Notes under the pieces: generated by a model
Told to the model about the DNA's origin: nothing
Databases searched by the model: none
The model's input: only the letters and a program-made list of their open reading frames with translations
Translations under genes and position numbers: made by a program
DNA from: an uncultured virus (IMG/VR IMGVR_UViG_2724679563_000003)
Lineage: Duplodnaviria > Heunggongvirae > Uroviricota > Caudoviricetes
Direction: 5' to 3' (one strand)
DNA: 64,000 nucleotides
IMG/VR virus record: IMGVR_UViG_2724679563_000003
Location: 62,001 to 126,000 of that record
Shown here: positions 60,294 through 64,000 of the stretch, piece after piece
Position numbering within the stretch: the stretch's first letter is position 1
Layout of the letters: every line of letters begins with the position of its first letter

Positions 60294-61859
60294 TTAATAA
60301 TCCTGCTTAACAGTGCAATAGCCAATACACCTCCAATGATTAAAATCAAGGTTACTTTGCCATAATAATTGAAAATCTGATTTACCATATCTATTTTTAT
60401 CAAAAAACATTATTGTATATACTTTTGTTGGGTCTAATTTTATTTCTTCTTCTTCTCCAGTATCTTTATTGTATCTATAAGGTTTAATATAATATTTACT
60501 TTTTTCATCTAATTCATCTTGCCATACTCTACGCATCATTAATATTTGTCCACATACTTCCTTAATTGCTTTAGCCTTTGCTAATGCTCCTATGTTCAAA
60601 TATCTTTGTGTTATAGTAGAACCTGCTAATTGTGCAGTAGCTATAAAACGTACATTTAATCCTCCCATTTCTTTAGGCTTTACTATCTTAAACAATTCCT
60701 TAGATTCTTCTGTGAATATTGCATGTGCATTTGAGGCTGATTCATCTTCTGGTTTCCATGTGTCAAGAATAAATGTTGTTTCTTCATCTAACCTCATCAT
60801 TTTTTTTGTTATTTTTTTTAATGTTCTAACTGAATAATCTTCAAGTGGATATAATATTAAATTATTTTCAAATTGTTCTAACCAATCAGCAGCCATATTT
60901 AATGTCTTTAATTCTTCTTCTGTAAAACCACCCATATTCATTCTATTTCTTTGTATCCATTTTGCCTGAATATCGTGTCCTAAAAATCCATTACTAATGA
61001 TTGATGGCAGTAGCATACTTCTCCATGCATCTTCTGATTGTTCGTTTATAAGTAATACAACCTTATTACCTCTTTTTATTAAAGGAAGTACATACATTGG
61101 TATTATTGAAGATGTTTTACCTATTCCTGAATGTGCGGTATGTAATAAAATATTCCCTCTATGTACCCCTGCCAATCTATAATTAAATATAGGTTCATCT
61201 ATATCAATTCCTTTTTCTAATCCTTTGTTAGCCCTTTGAATATATTCCCTATTCCCTTTAGCTAAATCTACTGGTTTAGTTACACTTGTAGCTTTTAGAA
61301 ATGTATCATTAACCATATAATCATGCCAATCATAAACTTCACTAGATGTCATTTTCTCAAATTTATTTAAATTATCTAATACATTAAATCCTTTAATATG
61401 TAATCTATTTAAAGCATTAAACTTTATCAAAGTATCTAAATAGGCTTCAAAGTTTTCAGCATTAGTATTTTGCAAGTCTTTAATAGTCATAATTCCACCA
61501 TATTCTTCAAACATTTCAGATAAAGCTTCTTTCCCACTCAGATATGCTTTTATAGACTGCTCGTCTATAGATTTAACACCTGTTTTGGTTATTTCCAATC
61601 CCAATCTATAAAACAGCCTTCCATCCTCTGTTAAAAAATCATTCTCTTTTAATACATCTTTGCAATCATTATATAAATCATTATTATTATATAAACATCC
61701 TATTACACATCCTTCTATTATTCCTCTATTCTCTAGTAATTCTAATGGCAATATATTATTTGCATTATCTAAGAATCTCAATCCTATTTCATCTAATCTC
61801 TTTTGTTTATATTCATTATAAGATTTCTCATATTGTGCTTTTATTTCTAAATATTCCAT
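60294..61859 (-). CDS. Replicative DnaB-like helicase
   Basis: Walker A 'AHSGIGKTS', 'INEQ', 'ILDTWK', 'TAQL', 'DKNRYG'. Confidence 0.88.
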   Translation of the reverse strand: MEYLEIKAQYEKSYNEYKQKRLDEIGLRFLDNANNILPLELLENRGIIEGCVIGCLYNNNDLYNDCKDVLKENDFLTEDGRLFYRLGLEITKTGVKSIDEQSIKAYLSGKEALSEMFEEYGGIMTIKDLQNTNAENFEAYLDTLIKFNALNRLHIKGFNVLDNLNKFEKMTSSEVYDWHDYMVNDTFLKATSVTKPVDLAKGNREYIQRANKGLEKGIDIDEPIFNYRLAGVHRGNILLHTAHSGIGKTSSIIPMYVLPLIKRGNKVVLLINEQSEDAWRSMLLPSIISNGFLGHDIQAKWIQRNRMNMGGFTEEELKTLNMAADWLEQFENNLILYPLEDYSVRTLKKITKKMMRLDEETTFILDTWKPEDESASNAHAIFTEESKELFKIVKPKEMGGLNVRFIATAQLAGSTITQRYLNIGALAKAKAIKEVCGQILMMRRVWQDELDEKSKYYIKPYRYNKDTGEEEEIKLDPTKVYTIMFFDKNRYGKSDFQLLWQSNLDFNHWRCIGYCTVKQDY

Positions 61860-61879
61860 TTATAAAACATGCCCCCTTC

Positions 61880-62518
61880 TTACAGCTCGTCTTCCTCCAA
61901 AAATTTACTAATTCCTTTCTGTTTATGTTCCTTATTAATTAAAAGATTATTATCTGTTAAATTTTTGTTATGTTTTATAAATTCTTTTTCTTCTTGCATT
62001 AAATTATTTTGCCTTTTCCTTATCTGTGAATTTTCTTTTTCCTGAAAATATATGTAATTATCATTGATATTGTTCTCAATTATTGCCATCATGTAATTAA
62101 TTTTATTTCTTTCATTTTTAAATTGTTTGTTATTAAAAACCCATTCTATTTTATCTGATTGAGATAAAAATGTATCTAATATAACTTCATATTTATAACC
62201 TTCTTTTGATTTTACAACCCTTCCAATCCCCTTTTGCATCACAGTACCATTTCTTAAATCTTGTAACCTTGTAATTAAATAATTAGGTAATAATTGTTCA
62301 TTTGTATATCCTAATATTATTTTGATATGATTATATAATTCATCAAACCATTTTAATTCATTAGATTTAAACTCCATTAAATCATCATATTCTTTTTCAC
62401 ATTGTTTATGTATCTTTGTTTTTTTTTCTTTACCTTTTGAATTTATATCTATTTTAATTATTAAATCTTCCTTTTTTATAGCTTCTCCACAATATTTACA
62501 CTTTGGTAGTCTTGGCAA
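61880..62518 (-). CDS. Hypothetical replication-associated protein (Zn-binding N-terminus)
   Basis: 'CKYCG...H..C'; lies between the ATPase and the helicase. Confidence 0.65.
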   Translation of the reverse strand: MPRLPKCKYCGEAIKKEDLIIKIDINSKGKEKKTKIHKQCEKEYDDLMEFKSNELKWFDELYNHIKIILGYTNEQLLPNYLITRLQDLRNGTVMQKGIGRVVKSKEGYKYEVILDTFLSQSDKIEWVFNNKQFKNERNKINYMMAIIENNINDNYIYFQEKENSQIRKRQNNLMQEEKEFIKHNKNLTDNNLLINKEHKQKGISKFLEEDEL

Positions 62519-62541
62519 TCCTATCCCTCCTTTTTATAAAT

Positions 62542-62566
62542 AAGAGGGATTTTAAATCCCTCTTTA
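62542..62566. terminator. Hairpin
   Basis: AAGAGGGATTT-T-AAATCCCTCTT. Confidence 0.55.
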
Positions 62567-62569
62567 TAC

Positions 62570-63640
62570 TTATGAAATTAACTCATACATATTTTCTACT
62601 ATTTCTCTATGTGATTCATTTAACTCATCTAAGGATTCTATTTCTGCTTCTTGTACATATTCTTGCATCTTTAGTTTAGCACCATCTCCCAAATCTCCAA
62701 ATCCTTCCTTGATTTTAGAAACCATATCTTCTATTGATGCTTTTTTAGTATATTCTTTAGCTTTTTCCTCTGATTCTTTTTGTTGTTTTTTAGCCATTTC
62801 TTCTATTTCTTCATTGGATACAGTTTTTAGTATAGATGATTTAACACCTTGTCCAAAAGCTTTTAAATAATTTTCTACTGAATATGATAATTTCGTAGGT
62901 AAATCTGTAAACCTACCCCCACAATCTATTGCTCCATCACTTCTAAAATGCATATTTACTTTGCTTTTTGCTGTTCTTTTCTTTGCATCTTGTATAGAAT
63001 CATTTACTTCTTTTTCAACTACTAAATATGTAATCATATCCGCCATATCTTCAAAAACATTTGCATAATCATTCGTTAAATTACAACTTAATTGCATATA
63101 TTCTTGTTCTTCACCTAATACAGCTCCTGTATTTTTCTTTTTAAGTTTTGTATGTCCAATAAGAAATAAACCATATCCTCCATTGTGTAATCTATCTAAA
63201 GAATTTCTCATTAAATCAATACAATAATCTTTTCCTCTATTAAATCCTCCAAATGCTTCATTAAGTGTTTTAACTATTTTTCCATCTTTCTTTTTGGAAT
63301 CTTTCAATGTTTTATCTCTAGCCATTTTAAAGAAATAATCTATAGTATCTATCGCAATAAACCTATAACTTATTTTTTCTCTATCTTCTACAAATTCTTC
63401 TACATAATCCTCCCAATCATCCCAATCTTCTATTTTTTCAGCATGTAAACCATCTAGTGCTTTAAACCCATTTTCAAAGCCTGCTAAAAATCCTTTTGAC
63501 ATATCACCATCATAATGCTTATGTACTAAATCTCTAAACAAAGTTGATTTACCAGTCTTTTTTTCTCCTAGTATTAAATGAATATAGTCCTCTAATCTTA
63601 CTTTTACCTCTACAGGTTTAACATTACTTAATCTTCCCAT
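62570..63640 (-). CDS. Phage AAA/NTP-binding protein (Sak4/AAA_24-like)
   Basis: 'LGEKKTGKST', 'IAIDTID', 'LIGH', 'GGRF'. Confidence 0.85.
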   Translation of the reverse strand: MGRLSNVKPVEVKVRLEDYIHLILGEKKTGKSTLFRDLVHKHYDGDMSKGFLAGFENGFKALDGLHAEKIEDWDDWEDYVEEFVEDREKISYRFIAIDTIDYFFKMARDKTLKDSKKKDGKIVKTLNEAFGGFNRGKDYCIDLMRNSLDRLHNGGYGLFLIGHTKLKKKNTGAVLGEEQEYMQLSCNLTNDYANVFEDMADMITYLVVEKEVNDSIQDAKKRTAKSKVNMHFRSDGAIDCGGRFTDLPTKLSYSVENYLKAFGQGVKSSILKTVSNEEIEEMAKKQQKESEEKAKEYTKKASIEDMVSKIKEGFGDLGDGAKLKMQEYVQEAEIESLDELNESHREIVENMYELIS

Positions 63641-63693
63641 GTAACAAACTCCTCCTTATATATTATAGAATTACTTTATATTCACAAATCGAC

Positions 63694-63999
63694 TTATTTA
63701 AACATAGCATCAAATGATTTTGTAACATCTGATTTTAATTTTTCTTCTTTCTTTTCTTGTTCTTCTTTGATTTCTTCTTTTACTTCGTTTATTTTATTTT
63801 CTATTGTTGGTGGTATTAAATCTTCTACTGTTAAATCTTCCATCAATGTTTTATTTTCTTCGCCTAAAGGCATAACTAATTTTAATTCCTTTATTTTATC
63901 ACCTACTGAACTACCTCTCATTTGCTTTATAGCTTGTTCAAGAGTGATAAAACCTAATTTAACTCTTTTTTGAAGGTCTTTTGATAAATCCTTTTCTGT
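63694..63999 (-). CDS. C-terminal part of a replication-block protein (possibly ssDNA-binding), truncated by window end
   Basis: Frame open to the window edge; acidic tail; position upstream of the Sak4-like gene. Confidence 0.5.
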   Translation of the reverse strand, partial: TEKDLSKDLQKRVKLGFITLEQAIKQMRGSSVGDKIKELKLVMPLGEENKTLMEDLTVEDLIPPTIENKINEVKEEIKEEQEKKEEKLKSDVTKSFDAMFK

Positions 64000-64000
64000 T

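Noticed and set aside
7643..63973. Numerous + strand ORFs in the ORF track (e.g. 8310, 17612, 27602, 30166, 34833, 56313)
   Set aside because: They are antisense shadows of well-supported - strand genes, with no RBS and Ser/Phe/Leu/Ile-biased composition.

Overview
AT-rich (about 25% GC by eye) segment of a large Firmicutes phage, prophage or phage-plasmid. It looks Clostridium-like, with an SPbeta/c-st-type gene complement. Positions 1-7.3 kb are on the + strand: three tandem LamG-domain paralogs, two intact tyrosine recombinases and a Zn-ribbon endonuclease. Everything from 7.6 kb to the end is on the - strand. That arm holds a replication block (Sak4-like ATPase, DnaB, primase, PD-(D/E)XK nuclease, DnaE, RecD2, RNase H), a type IIA topoisomerase pair, nucleotide-metabolism genes (nrdDG plus a formate/nitrite channel, dut, tdk, 5'-nucleotidase, deoxyribosyltransferase, gmk, ThyX-like), a Dam methylase, many small hypothetical genes and a tnpA-less IS200/IS605 TnpB element inserted inside a start codon. 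The most notable unexplained structure is two dispersed intergenic motifs. (A) An oriented 12-bp box, ATAAAAYAATTT, occurs more than 25 times and sits at a fixed position in the spacer of six sigma-A promoters, suggesting a global operator. (B) A palindromic TAAAA-N6-TTTTA site with a different 6-bp core each time occurs at 14 or more accessory-gene junctions, often in a fixed site-B/box-A/RBS/ORF order. This is a candidate tyrosine-recombinase gene-cassette system. I saw no CRISPR array, tRNA or rRNA. All calls are from reading the sequence only.
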